From the NCBI GenBank assembly GCA_963663805.2, contig CAXXMR010000013.1, positions 384,001 to 448,000 of the forward strand: a stretch of DNA of 64,000 nucleotides, written 5' to 3'. Position numbers and translations under genes: made by a program. Under the pieces are notes generated by a model that had not been told where the DNA came from, did not search any database, and saw nothing but the letters and a program-made list of their open reading frames with translations. Below, in pieces: positions 41,810-51,701 of this stretch (the first letter of the stretch is position 1; each line of letters starts with the position of its first letter). This DNA comes from Sedimentisphaerales bacterium. Lineage in GTDB: Bacteria > Planctomycetota > Phycisphaerae > Sedimentisphaerales > SM23-30.

Positions 41810-43543
41810 ATGAGCGAAATTAACGCTGCCGAAAATTCCAGTAATCTTATGAACATGTTCGCCTCGAACAGTTCTAAGGGCAATGCCGATTATCAGAGTG
41901 ATAGTTTTGATACCTATCTGGATTCTGCTCAGCAGGACCGGGTTGCCTCGAAAAATTCTTCCTCTGACAAAAACGCCTCGGCGGGTTCTGCTCAGGACTC
42001 CAGGGCATCCAAAGCCGAAAATCAGAAACCCGAACAAGCCGCCTCTGAAGATACTCATGCCGATGATATAGACCAGGCCGCGGACAATACCGGGACCACC
42101 GAAGATACCGCACCGGTCGCCGATAACGATAACACCGAAAGTCAGTCTGATACCGCCGAAGAAAATCCTTCTGATAATCAGGAGCAGTCGTCCAACTCCG
42201 ACAAACCAGTCGATAGTGAAGAATCCGATTCCGAACTCGCCGCCGCTGTCGCACAAGCCGCGCTGGACACCCTTGTAACCGATACGGACGCCGCCGTGTC
42301 CCCCGCTCAGTCTGAAAATCAAAACAGTGACACAACGCAGTTTACAACCCAGCTTACCACTCAGCAGGTCCAGGCCCAGCCCCTGAACGGCCAGGCCTCC
42401 CAAACCAACGCCGCCGGTCAGACTGATACCAACCTTCAAGGCCAAACCCAACAGACCCCCAACCTCAACGCTGATGTAAAGAACACCGAAACCCAGAATC
42501 ACAATAACGCAGACCTTAACTCCCAGAACGCTCAGAATCAGACTACCCAAGTCGCTGCTCAGCAAACCACCCAGCCGGTTGTAAACGCCGAAGAAAAAAC
42601 CTCAACTCCGCAAACCACTCAGAACCAGACCCCCGCCGAGCAGACAGCCACTGATTCTCAGACTAACACGGTTATTACCGCCGCTTCGCAAAATCAATCC
42701 CAGGCCAACTCCAGCCAGGCTGATACTTCTCAATCTCAGAATCAGCAGGCTTCGCAACAGGCCGCCCCGGAGATTGTCGCTGAAGCCAAAGTTGAAAAAG
42801 ATGAATCGGACCTCAACCAGACACCCCGCACCGCTGAAGCTCACACTAAAGAACGCACCGATAAAACCACCACGGATACCACCGCTGCTAACCAGAACGT
42901 CGAAGTTACTGCCGCGGCCCAGGCCAATGTGACGAACCCGACACGCGGCCCAGAAAAAGCCACCTCCGGCGAATCCGAATCAACTGCCCCCGTCGGCAAT
43001 ACCGCACCAACCGATTATCGCGACCTTGACATCAAGCTCGTTTCGCGTACCCCGGCAACGCAGTCAGGTTCAGAAACTGACATGCAGCAGAATGTAGACC
43101 AGGTGGTTCGTGCCGCCCGGCTTTCCGCGGCCCGTAACAATTCACAGGTTACCATTCGCCTCGACCCGCCCGAACTTGGCTCAATGCGGGTGCAAATCAA
43201 ACAGACTTCAGAGGGCATGAACGTCCAGCTTCAGGTTGCCAACACTCGTGCCCACGATATGCTCCAGCAGAATTCCGGCGACCTTCGTGCCGCCCTTGGT
43301 TCGCAGGGTATCAACGCCAACCAGATACAAATCGAACTACGGCTCGACCTCAACAATGAACAAAACCCCGAACAGCAGTTTAACGATGCCGCTCAGCAGC
43401 AAAATCAGCAGCAGGAACAGCCCCGGGAACAGAGTGAGTTCGAGCAGGCTTTTGAATACGAAAATGAAAATGATACTGCCCAGACCGTACCGGCAGGTGC
43501 CTGGCAGGAATTAACCTTTAATTCCCTGGACCTCCAGGTCTGA
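41810..43543 (+). CDS. fliK: Flagellar hook-length control protein FliK
   Basis: Long low-complexity Q/T/S/D region plus IRLDPPELGSMRV C-terminal domain. Confidence 0.92.
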   Translation: MSEINAAENSSNLMNMFASNSSKGNADYQSDSFDTYLDSAQQDRVASKNSSSDKNASAGSAQDSRASKAENQKPEQAASEDTHADDIDQAADNTGTTEDTAPVADNDNTESQSDTAEENPSDNQEQSSNSDKPVDSEESDSELAAAVAQAALDTLVTDTDAAVSPAQSENQNSDTTQFTTQLTTQQVQAQPLNGQASQTNAAGQTDTNLQGQTQQTPNLNADVKNTETQNHNNADLNSQNAQNQTTQVAAQQTTQPVVNAEEKTSTPQTTQNQTPAEQTATDSQTNTVITAASQNQSQANSSQADTSQSQNQQASQQAAPEIVAEAKVEKDESDLNQTPRTAEAHTKERTDKTTTDTTAANQNVEVTAAAQANVTNPTRGPEKATSGESESTAPVGNTAPTDYRDLDIKLVSRTPATQSGSETDMQQNVDQVVRAARLSAARNNSQVTIRLDPPELGSMRVQIKQTSEGMNVQLQVANTRAHDMLQQNSGDLRAALGSQGINANQIQIELRLDLNNEQNPEQQFNDAAQQQNQQQEQPREQSEFEQAFEYENENDTAQTVPAGAWQELTFNSLDLQV

Positions 43544-43566
43544 CCCAGAAGCGGAAGGAGATTTAT

Positions 43567-44355
43567 ATGAGTTCCGTAAGTTCGATTGACAGCTATACCA
43601 CCAGCGCGGCCTCTACCACCGCTAAGGAGGATTTGTCCCTGAGTACCCAGGACTTCCTCGACATCATGATTACCGAGCTGACCAACCAGGATCCCTTTGA
43701 GCCTATGAAAAACCAGGACTTGCTCAACCAGATGTCAGCTATCCAGCAGATTAACTCCTCCCAGTCCATGGCGACTTCGTTTGAAACGCTTATGGAAAAT
43801 TTCGATGCCATGCTCACCCGACAGGACATCAATTCGGCCAGTGCCATGGTCGGTCAAATCGTCTCCGGTACCAATACTTCCGGTGCTTCCGCCTATGGCA
43901 AGGTTGTAGGTGTCACCGTTTCCGGTAATAATGTACTTCTCGGTCTCGATACTGGAGAGACTATGAACCTCACCGATGTTGAGCAGTTCGGCGGAACCAA
44001 CAGTCAGGATATCATCGGCAAAGTCGTAATGGCCAAATCCGCCAATACTGGCGAAATCCTCGTTGGCAAAGTCGAATCTGTCCAAATCGAAGAGGATGCC
44101 GTCTATCTGAAACTCGAAGGAAAAGATGACTCCGTGGTTCTCTCCCAGGCCAGCATACTTAATATCGACAACGCCGACCTGCTTATGGGTAGAAAAGTTA
44201 CATCGGTTGAAGGTGTTTCTGGTACGGTTGTTGGAGTGACCTTGCTGGGAGACGACCAGGTCCAGTTCTCCGTCGAGACCACAATTACCTCCGACGGTGA
44301 AACGCAAACCCAGGTCAAACAAATCAACCTCGAAGACCTGGGAACGATTGGCTGA
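43567..44355 (+). CDS. flgD: Flagellar hook capping protein FlgD
   Basis: DFLDIMITELTNQDPFEPM. Confidence 0.92.
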   Translation: MSSVSSIDSYTTSAASTTAKEDLSLSTQDFLDIMITELTNQDPFEPMKNQDLLNQMSAIQQINSSQSMATSFETLMENFDAMLTRQDINSASAMVGQIVSGTNTSGASAYGKVVGVTVSGNNVLLGLDTGETMNLTDVEQFGGTNSQDIIGKVVMAKSANTGEILVGKVESVQIEEDAVYLKLEGKDDSVVLSQASILNIDNADLLMGRKVTSVEGVSGTVVGVTLLGDDQVQFSVETTITSDGETQTQVKQINLEDLGTIG

Positions 44356-44466
44356 AAATAAAATTGAAAATAAACGTATAGTGAAATGAGAAACAAAACC
44401 CAAAATAACAGCGTGACCAACAACTCGATTTAAAAGTAATTTTTACCAGCTACGGAGGCAGGCACT

Positions 44467-46245
44467 ATGGGCCTTACATCATCATTATTCGTCGGCTTGA
44501 CCGGCATGAAAACCAATGAGTTCCGCATGGACGTTATCGGTAATAATATCGCCAACGTCAACACCTACGGCTACAAGTCGCAGCGGGCCACCTTTGAGTC
44601 TACCTTCTCCCAGACCTTTAGCTTCGGCTCACCGCCCGCCAGCGGCAGCGGCGGCACCAATCCCCGTCAGGTAGGTACCGGTGTTGGTGTTGCCAGCGTT
44701 GACCGCGATTTTACCGGCGGTGCTCCCGAAACCACCGGAGTGGGAACTGACCTCGCCATCGAAGGTGAAGGACTTTTTGTGCTACTCAAATCTGACGGCT
44801 CGCGTGTTTATACCCGCGACGGCAACTTTCAGTTTAACTCCGAAAATTATCTTGTTTCTTCCGACGGGTTCTACCTGCGTGGTTACGGCATTGACGATGG
44901 TTTCAATATTATTGAAGGCTCCATGACCAATATCCGTATCGGCCTGGGTGAGATCACCACCGCTACCAAATCAACTAAAGCGAACTTTACCGGAAACCTC
45001 AACTCCGAAGGTTCGCCCGGTGTCGCCCGTCCCAAATTTTTTAGCCAGGAACTCACTGACGCCGGTGGTGTACCTTCCGGTGCAACTCTGCTTACCGACC
45101 TTGAAGAAGCCTCAAATCCCGGAACTTCACTTTTTCAGGATGGTGATATTGTCACCGCCAGCAGTATCCGCAAAGGAGGTGCCGTAATCGGGGCCGCTGA
45201 TTTGGAAGTTACCGCTACTACAACTCTTGATGATTTTATGAGCTGGACCCAGGGCGTACTTGGTATCAGTGACGATAGTGATCTCAAAGACCTCACCGGC
45301 GAAACCGTACCTTACGATGTTCCCGGTGTGACTCTCGCTGACGACGGCCTCGGTAACTATTACATTCAAATCATCGGTAATATTGGTGAAGACAGCAATT
45401 TTGCTTTTGGCGGCAATACCGCTGCCAGTGGCAGTGATGGTTTTTCCACCGTGAGTCCTTCGTCGGCTGCCACGCCCAGCGCCACCAAGCCCTTCACTTT
45501 TACCGACCAGAACGATGATGACACCGTACTTGGCGAAAGTGTGCGAACCTCATTCGATGGCTATGATTCGCTCGGAACACCAATCAGCATCAGTGTAACG
45601 ATGGTAATGGAAACTCAGAACGATACCGGAACAACCTGGCGCTGGTTCGCCGAATCACCCGATGATATGAGTTCCCCGGTTGACCGCAATCTTGGGACAG
45701 GAACCATTAAATTTAATTCTAACGGACAGTTTATCCAGGCGACCGGAGAAACCATTTCCATCAGCCGTACCGGAACAGGTGCGGATACGCCCCAGACGGT
45801 AACTCTCGATTTCTCCGGTATGTACGGCAATGCTTCCGTAAATGGCAATAGCACCATGACCTTGCTCAGTCAGGATGGTTTTGAGTCTGGCACACTATCT
45901 GATTTTGCCGTTGGTACCGATGGTATCATCACCGGGGCTTTTACTAACGGCTTGAGTCGTACCCTTGGCCAGGTCGTTCTGGCAACCTTCCGTAACTACG
46001 GCGGACTTATCGCCACCGGTGACAATGTTTATCAGCCCGGCCCCAACGCTGGTACGCCGACCATTAAAGCGCCCCAGGATCTTGGGGCAGGAACGGTTCG
46101 GTCGGCGGCACTAGAACTTAGTAACGTGGACCTTTCCCGTGAGTTTATTAACCTTATCGTTTCCAGTACCGGTTTTTCCGCTTCCTCGCGAGTCATCCAG
46201 ACTTCCGACCAGTTGCTCACCGAACTGATGGCGATGATGAGGTAA
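44467..46245 (+). CDS. flgE: Flagellar hook protein FlgE
   Basis: IGNNIANVNTYGYK, YTRDGNF, YDSLG, LELSNVDLSREF. Confidence 0.95.
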   Translation: MGLTSSLFVGLTGMKTNEFRMDVIGNNIANVNTYGYKSQRATFESTFSQTFSFGSPPASGSGGTNPRQVGTGVGVASVDRDFTGGAPETTGVGTDLAIEGEGLFVLLKSDGSRVYTRDGNFQFNSENYLVSSDGFYLRGYGIDDGFNIIEGSMTNIRIGLGEITTATKSTKANFTGNLNSEGSPGVARPKFFSQELTDAGGVPSGATLLTDLEEASNPGTSLFQDGDIVTASSIRKGGAVIGAADLEVTATTTLDDFMSWTQGVLGISDDSDLKDLTGETVPYDVPGVTLADDGLGNYYIQIIGNIGEDSNFAFGGNTAASGSDGFSTVSPSSAATPSATKPFTFTDQNDDDTVLGESVRTSFDGYDSLGTPISISVTMVMETQNDTGTTWRWFAESPDDMSSPVDRNLGTGTIKFNSNGQFIQATGETISISRTGTGADTPQTVTLDFSGMYGNASVNGNSTMTLLSQDGFESGTLSDFAVGTDGIITGAFTNGLSRTLGQVVLATFRNYGGLIATGDNVYQPGPNAGTPTIKAPQDLGAGTVRSAALELSNVDLSREFINLIVSSTGFSASSRVIQTSDQLLTELMAMMR

Positions 46246-46253
46246 CCCAAATA

Positions 46254-46500
46254 GAATACCCGGGCCTCGCGGCAGGGTGTTTATTCTGCTGTCGCGAGGC
46301 CAACTTTAACATATACAGGATTTTTTAATGACCGAAACCCTAACAATCTGAATACCCGGGCCTCGCGGCAGGGTGTTTATTCTGCTGTCGCGAGGCCAAC
46401 TTTAACATATACAGGATTTTTAATGACCGAAACCTTAACAATCTGAATACCCGGGCCTCGCGGCAGGGTGTTTATTCTGCTGTCGCGAGGCCGACTTTTA
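46254..46500 (+). repeat. Tandem repeat of ~96-bp units (two full plus one partial), each with a 39-nt hairpin; full units also carry an SD and a 7-codon mini-ORF
   Basis: Units start at 46254, 46350 and 46445; GGCCTCGCG...CGCGAGGCC stem; ACAGGA then ATG ACC GAA ACC (C/T)TA ACA ATC TGA. Confidence 0.95.
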
Positions 46501-46504
46501 TAAA

Positions 46505-46696
46505 ATGATTGCCCTGACCAGACTCAATGGAAAAAAATTTGTCGTCAACGCCGAGTTGATACGATACATCGAGAATATTCCCGATACCATGATTACCCTC
46601 ACCACCGGCGACAAAGTGATGGTCGCTGAAACCATTGACGAAGTTGTCGAACTGGCCGTCCAGTATTGTCGGCAGGTTAGAGCCTTCAAGCCCTGA
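46505..46696 (+). CDS. flbD: Flagellar protein FlbD/SwrD family
   Basis: MIALTRLNGKKFVVNAELIRYIENIPDTMITL. Confidence 0.92.
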   Translation: MIALTRLNGKKFVVNAELIRYIENIPDTMITLTTGDKVMVAETIDEVVELAVQYCRQVRAFKP

Positions 46697-46801
46697 GTCA
46701 TAACTTATTTTCGAGACTCCGTTGGCTGATGATGCCGATGAAGATTTGTGCACCGTGACAAACTAAGTAAACACCCTTATAAGCCGGAGAAATATTACAA
46801 A

Positions 46802-47578
46802 ATGGACCTTGCGACCCTTATAGGATTGTTCCTGGGTATGGGCCTGGTCGGCTATGCTATCTTTTCCGGTGCCGGAGAGAAGGCCGGCGCCTTTGTTGAC
46901 CCCAACTCTGCCATGATTGTTATCGGAGGTTCAATCGCCTCGGTTATGACCAGTTTTCCCCTGGCCCGGTTCCTTTCAATAGGTAAGGTTTTGAAAATTG
47001 CCTTTATCTGCAAGGAACAGTCTGCTCAGCAGCTTATCGAAGACCTCGTCGGTTATGCCGAAATCGCCCGGCGTGACGGGATTCTCTCCCTCGAAAACGC
47101 CGCCCGTGACGCTTCTGACCCTTTTATTACCAAGGGCATTCAGATGGCCGTGGACGGCACCGACCCCGAACTCATCGAACAAATTATGAATAACGAGCTT
47201 GAGGCCATCGCCGAACGTCACGACAAAGGCAAAGCCCTTTTCGATGCTATCGGTAAATACGGCCCTGCCTATGGTATGATTGGGACACTCGTCGGTCTGG
47301 TTATCATGCTTATGAACATGGACGACCCTAGTGCTATCGGCCCTGGTATGGCCGTGGCACTTTTGACAACCTTGTACGGCTCCATGTTCGCAAATATGCT
47401 TGCCTTGCCCATTGCCGATAAACTCAGTCAGAGAAATGACGACGAGTTGCTCTTCAAAACCATCATTATCAAAGGCGTAATGAGTATCCAGTCCGGAGAT
47501 AACCCCCGTATTGTTGAGCAAAAACTCCGTACCTTCCTCCCGCCGGGTTTGATTCAGGAAGAAGAGCCCGCCGAGTAA
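46802..47578 (+). CDS. motA: Flagellar stator protein MotA
   Basis: MDLATLIG, ARRDGILSLE, PAYGMIGTLVGL, ALLTTLYG. Confidence 0.95.
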   Translation: MDLATLIGLFLGMGLVGYAIFSGAGEKAGAFVDPNSAMIVIGGSIASVMTSFPLARFLSIGKVLKIAFICKEQSAQQLIEDLVGYAEIARRDGILSLENAARDASDPFITKGIQMAVDGTDPELIEQIMNNELEAIAERHDKGKALFDAIGKYGPAYGMIGTLVGLVIMLMNMDDPSAIGPGMAVALLTTLYGSMFANMLALPIADKLSQRNDDELLFKTIIIKGVMSIQSGDNPRIVEQKLRTFLPPGLIQEEEPAE

Positions 47579-47606
47579 GAGATATGAATAAGCCGGAGTT
47601 TTTATT

Positions 47607-48359
47607 ATGGCTAAAAAGAAAAAAGAAGCACCAGGGGGAGCACCTGAATGGATGGTGACTTTCGGCGATATGATGTCACTGCTGCTCTGTTTCTTCGTTA
47701 TTATCGTGTCCATGAGCGAAATCAAGCAGGAAGAACGCTTCATGGAGGTTATGGAGTCCATCAAAAGGGCTTTTGGTTATCGCGGCGGGGTGGGTTTTGT
47801 CCCCGCTCTAGTGCCCCCCGGCAACACCTTCCAGCCGCCCATGCCCCAGATTATCCCCAAAAAATTCCAGCTTGCCGAGGGTAAAACCAAGGAAGAAGGC
47901 ATCGAAGGCATTAACCCTTCTGTTCAGACCGTCCGCAAAGGCACCGAGTATATAATCGGCGGCCTGGTAAATTTCGAACTCGGCAAAGCCGACCTACTCG
48001 AACAATACAAGAAACAACTCGATTCCTTTGCTGAAAACATCAAGGGAATGAACAACAAAATCCGTGTCCGGGGCCATACCGCCCGGATTTCCCCAAATGA
48101 TTATCGGCCCTTCGCCAGTCTTGAGGATCTTTCTTATGCCCGGGCCAAGGCTGTCGCCGGATACCTCATCCAGAAGGGAATCAGGCCCGAAAGGATTACT
48201 CTGGAGGCCTGCGGCGACAAAGAACCCGTCCGCGCCCAGGCCTACGATGAGGATTCCCGGGCCCTGAACAGCAGAGTTTCCATAATCTTAACCGAGAAAC
48301 TGGTCGATGAGTATAAGGGTGAAACTATGGCCGAAACCGGAGGTATGATAGATGGCTGA
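47607..48359 (+). CDS. motB: Flagellar stator protein MotB
   Basis: WMVTFGDMMSLLLCFF with the conserved Asp; OmpA-like C-terminal domain. Confidence 0.93.
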   Translation: MAKKKKEAPGGAPEWMVTFGDMMSLLLCFFVIIVSMSEIKQEERFMEVMESIKRAFGYRGGVGFVPALVPPGNTFQPPMPQIIPKKFQLAEGKTKEEGIEGINPSVQTVRKGTEYIIGGLVNFELGKADLLEQYKKQLDSFAENIKGMNNKIRVRGHTARISPNDYRPFASLEDLSYARAKAVAGYLIQKGIRPERITLEACGDKEPVRAQAYDEDSRALNSRVSIILTEKLVDEYKGETMAETGGMIDG

Positions 48360-48864
48360 AGATGTAAAAAAAGATGAACAAAAACCAAAGCAGAAACTGC
48401 CCCTCAAGACCATACTTGTTATCTTGGGTATATTACTGCTTGAGGGAGCAACAATTGGTATAGTTATGGTCGTTCGAGGCGGACCCAAACCCGCCGAAGC
48501 CACCGACCCCATCGGTGCTTCCGAACAGAATATCGAAAAAGAAATGGCCGAAGTCTCCATCGCCAAGGATTTTACCGTCGATAATTATGTCGCCGGACGC
48601 TCCCGCATTATTGTAACGCTCGAAGTGACCGCTAAAGTCCAAAAAGCCAATCTGGACAACCTTCAGGCTCGTGTAACCGAACACGAAACCGAAATCCGTG
48701 ACACTATTCGTTCGCTTATATCTTCTTCGCAGCCCGACCAGCTCCAGGACCCTAAGCTTCAGGTCATCAAAAGAGATATTCTTGTGGGTATCGAAAAAAT
48801 TGTCGGCGAAGGACTCATCGAAAAAATCCTCGTGCCCAACTGGCAGTCTTTCCGACAGGAATAA
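48352..48864 (+). CDS. fliL: Flagellar basal-body protein FliL
   Basis: Single N-terminal TM, EIRDTI motif, position after motB. Confidence 0.85.
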   Translation: MAEDVKKDEQKPKQKLPLKTILVILGILLLEGATIGIVMVVRGGPKPAEATDPIGASEQNIEKEMAEVSIAKDFTVDNYVAGRSRIIVTLEVTAKVQKANLDNLQARVTEHETEIRDTIRSLISSSQPDQLQDPKLQVIKRDILVGIEKIVGEGLIEKILVPNWQSFRQE

Positions 48865-49065
48865 ACTTCAAAGCAGCGTATCAATACTGATATTCGCCCA
48901 CGTTTAAACTGTATTGATTTCTAATAAATCAAGAAAAAAACATGCGACCAAAACGTGAAAAAACTTTAATTTTTTTCGATTTATCGGACGATTTCCCTTT
49001 CTATTTTGTCGAGTTAAAGTATAATACTAGTAAGATGTTAATTTGATACCGAAAGTGATTATAAA

Positions 49066-49440
49066 GTGCCTGAAACAGAACCAGATAATGTCGAGCAAGC
49101 GTCGGTAAACAATGCCGACGTTAATCAGGAAGAAAAACCAGACCTTCCCGATTTTGACCGCAATGCCTCCGCCCAGGACGGTAACGACATCGATTTTCTC
49201 AAAGACGTTGACCTTGATGTCAAAGTCGAGCTTGGCCGGACCGAACTGACTATCGAAGAAATTCTTGGTCTCAGTAATGGTTCGGTTGTCCAGCTCAACA
49301 GCCTCGCTGGCGACCCCGTTGATGTACTTGTCAACGAACAACTCGTCGCCCGTGGCGAGGTGCTTGTCATCAACGAAAATTTGTGCGTGCGTATTAACGA
49401 AATCGTACCCGGAGCAACTGAAAAGATGGCCCAGGCATAA
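49066..49440 (+). CDS. fliN: Flagellar motor switch protein FliN
   Basis: DVDLDVKVELGRT...LAGDPVDVLVN..LVARGEV. Confidence 0.95.
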   Translation: MPETEPDNVEQASVNNADVNQEEKPDLPDFDRNASAQDGNDIDFLKDVDLDVKVELGRTELTIEEILGLSNGSVVQLNSLAGDPVDVLVNEQLVARGEVLVINENLCVRINEIVPGATEKMAQA

Positions 49441-49556
49441 GCTGGCAATCCCGTTCTTCGCCGAGAGCGGCTTTGGGACTCACACCGCCGTTTTGTGAGT
49501 CACGCCTTGATAGCACATGTAAAACTAAGACCCAAACTTTCTAAGCCAGGCTGGAG

Positions 49557-50477
49557 GTGTACATGGCCCGTTGCCCGTCATTCCATTTGAGGGCTAGTTG
49601 TGTAGTAACCCTTTTTCTCTGCGCTTTTTTCCACCCGTCTCTTTTTGCCCAGAATGGTTTTTCTGCCAACTCCGACCAGGCCATACGCCTTGAAAAGCAA
49701 ACCGCCGGTGATGCGGCTTCATCGAGCGGCCAATCTGCCGCCATCGATGACAATGACAACATGTTGCAGCCGGTCGCCGATAAAAAACAATATGTAGAGC
49801 CCGCGGTTGCTGATGCTTCCGTTTCACTTTCGGTCGAACAGACCATGCCCATCGAGCCGACTCAGCCGACCGACACGCAAGCAACCCCTGTTGCCGACGA
49901 AGATTTTGAATCAAAGTTAGTCGGTAACCCTTCCGCGGATAAAAAACAAACCCTCAACTCCACCGAAAATCAAAACGTCGTCAATCCCGATTTTTCTTAC
50001 ACTGCTTTTATGTTGGCTGGCGTTCTTCTGTTGATTGTTATTCTCGCCTGGCTCTTCAGAAGATATATTCTAGCTCAGAAGCGTCCCGGCAGTTCTCTGT
50101 CACTTGACGTTGTTGCTCGCGCGACAATTGGTCCGCGACAGTCTCTCTGCCTCGTAAAACTTGGCCGACATCTCGTGCTTGTCGGCCTTTCACCCAACCA
50201 CATGGCGGCCCTCGACACCGTTGAAGACCCCGAGGAGATTGCCCTTATTCTAAGTTCTGTTTCCCGACGCGGCTCTGCCTCACTCACCGCATCGTTTGAC
50301 CAGTTGGTTGCCGAAAATTCCAGTGATTACGACGACGGCTACCCCGATATAGGCGCTGATAGTATTGAAAATAACGATTCCACCAACGCTGACCCTGACA
50401 ACATTAATCAGGCACGCAGCGAACTGACCGGACTGCTCGACAAAGTCAAGGGCTTGACTCGCTTGCATTCCCGCTAG
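49557..50477 (+). CDS. fliO: Flagellar biosynthesis protein FliO with a long N-terminal extension
   Basis: TM plus IGPRQSLCLVKLGRHLVLVGLS; position between fliN and fliP. Confidence 0.8.
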   Translation: MYMARCPSFHLRASCVVTLFLCAFFHPSLFAQNGFSANSDQAIRLEKQTAGDAASSSGQSAAIDDNDNMLQPVADKKQYVEPAVADASVSLSVEQTMPIEPTQPTDTQATPVADEDFESKLVGNPSADKKQTLNSTENQNVVNPDFSYTAFMLAGVLLLIVILAWLFRRYILAQKRPGSSLSLDVVARATIGPRQSLCLVKLGRHLVLVGLSPNHMAALDTVEDPEEIALILSSVSRRGSASLTASFDQLVAENSSDYDDGYPDIGADSIENNDSTNADPDNINQARSELTGLLDKVKGLTRLHSR

Positions 50478-50532
50478 ATTTACCGGCATGGGGTGGGGGA
50501 CTTAGGCCGGAACCTGAAAAAAGTAACGGATT

Positions 50533-51402
50533 ATGATGATGTCAAGGATGACAGGTAAAATTGCCGCTTTGCTGGTACTGCTCATTGTGCCGGTTCTTTG
50601 CGCTCAGTCCGTGCCTGCTCTGGACATTCCTGCCGCAACGCCCGGTACCAACCCGCTCAGCAATCTCGACCCTGCTAAGGTGGTCGATAATGCTCTCCAG
50701 CCCGAAAAACTCTCAGCCACCCTTGAAATACTCATACTTCTGACCGTACTTACTCTCACCCCCGCCATTCTGGTCATGACCACCTGCTTTACTCGCATTG
50801 TGGTCGTTTTAGCCCTGCTCCGTCAGGCCATCGGTACCCAGCAGCTCCCGCCCTCCCAGGTCATTACCGGCCTAGCACTCTTTATGACATTTTGCGTAAT
50901 GGCCCCGACCTGGCAGAGAATCAACGCTCAGGCCATCCAGCCCTACGTCAATCCTGCTTCCGAGGAACAGCGTATCGACCGGGCCACCGCCTGGAACCGT
51001 GCCCAGTCCCAAATGCGGGCCTTTATGATTATGCAAATCGAGAACACCGGCAGCAGTGAAGATGTATATATGTTCGCTCAGTTTGCCCAGCCCTCACCCC
51101 AGCTCGGCGAAAAAATCCGAGAAGGCACCCTCCAGTGGGCCGACGTTTCTCTTTCGGTACTCGTCCCCGCCTTCATTACCAGCGAACTAAAGCAGGCCTT
51201 CATTATGGGCTTCTACATCTACCTGCCTTTCCTGGTCATTGACATGGTAGTAGCTTCGATTCTCATGTCCATGGGCATGATGATGCTGCCGCCTGTATTA
51301 ATATCATTACCCTTTAAGTTACTGCTGTTCGTGTTGGTAAATGGTTGGCATTTGGTAATCGGCACCCTGCTGACCAGTTTTACAAACAACGCACCCATAT
51401 AG
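50533..51402 (+). CDS. fliP: Flagellar export protein FliP
   Basis: TTCFTRIVVV, GTQQLPP, PAFITSEL, MGMMMLPP. Confidence 0.97.
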   Translation: MMMSRMTGKIAALLVLLIVPVLCAQSVPALDIPAATPGTNPLSNLDPAKVVDNALQPEKLSATLEILILLTVLTLTPAILVMTTCFTRIVVVLALLRQAIGTQQLPPSQVITGLALFMTFCVMAPTWQRINAQAIQPYVNPASEEQRIDRATAWNRAQSQMRAFMIMQIENTGSSEDVYMFAQFAQPSPQLGEKIREGTLQWADVSLSVLVPAFITSELKQAFIMGFYIYLPFLVIDMVVASILMSMGMMMLPPVLISLPFKLLLFVLVNGWHLVIGTLLTSFTNNAPI

Positions 51403-51425
51403 AGAAAAAAAGAGGTATAACCAAA

Positions 51426-51689
51426 ATGGACCCCGAAGCCGCCCTGGAAATTGGCCGTCGCACCTTGATGCTCGTCATGATGATTTCCCTGCCCCTACTC
51501 GCCGTGGGGCTGGTAGTTGGTGTCACCATCTCCCTGCTACAGGCCGTAACTCAAATCCAGGAAATGACCCTGACATTCGTACCCAAAATAATTGCCATAG
51601 TTTTAGCCGGAATATTCTTCATGCCTTTCATCCTTGACAAAATTATGACATTTGCCGCCGAGATGTTCGGTGCCATGCCCTTACCATAA
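51426..51689 (+). CDS. fliQ: Flagellar export protein FliQ
   Basis: QAVTQIQEMTLTFVPK. Confidence 0.97.
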   Translation: MDPEAALEIGRRTLMLVMMISLPLLAVGLVVGVTISLLQAVTQIQEMTLTFVPKIIAIVLAGIFFMPFILDKIMTFAAEMFGAMPLP

Positions 51690-51701
51690 CACAGCGAAAA
51701 A

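Noticed and set aside
46254..46500. CRISPR array (palindromic repeat with regular spacing)
   Set aside because: The intervening sequences are near-identical copies rather than unique spacers, and no cas genes are present. It is a tandem duplication.
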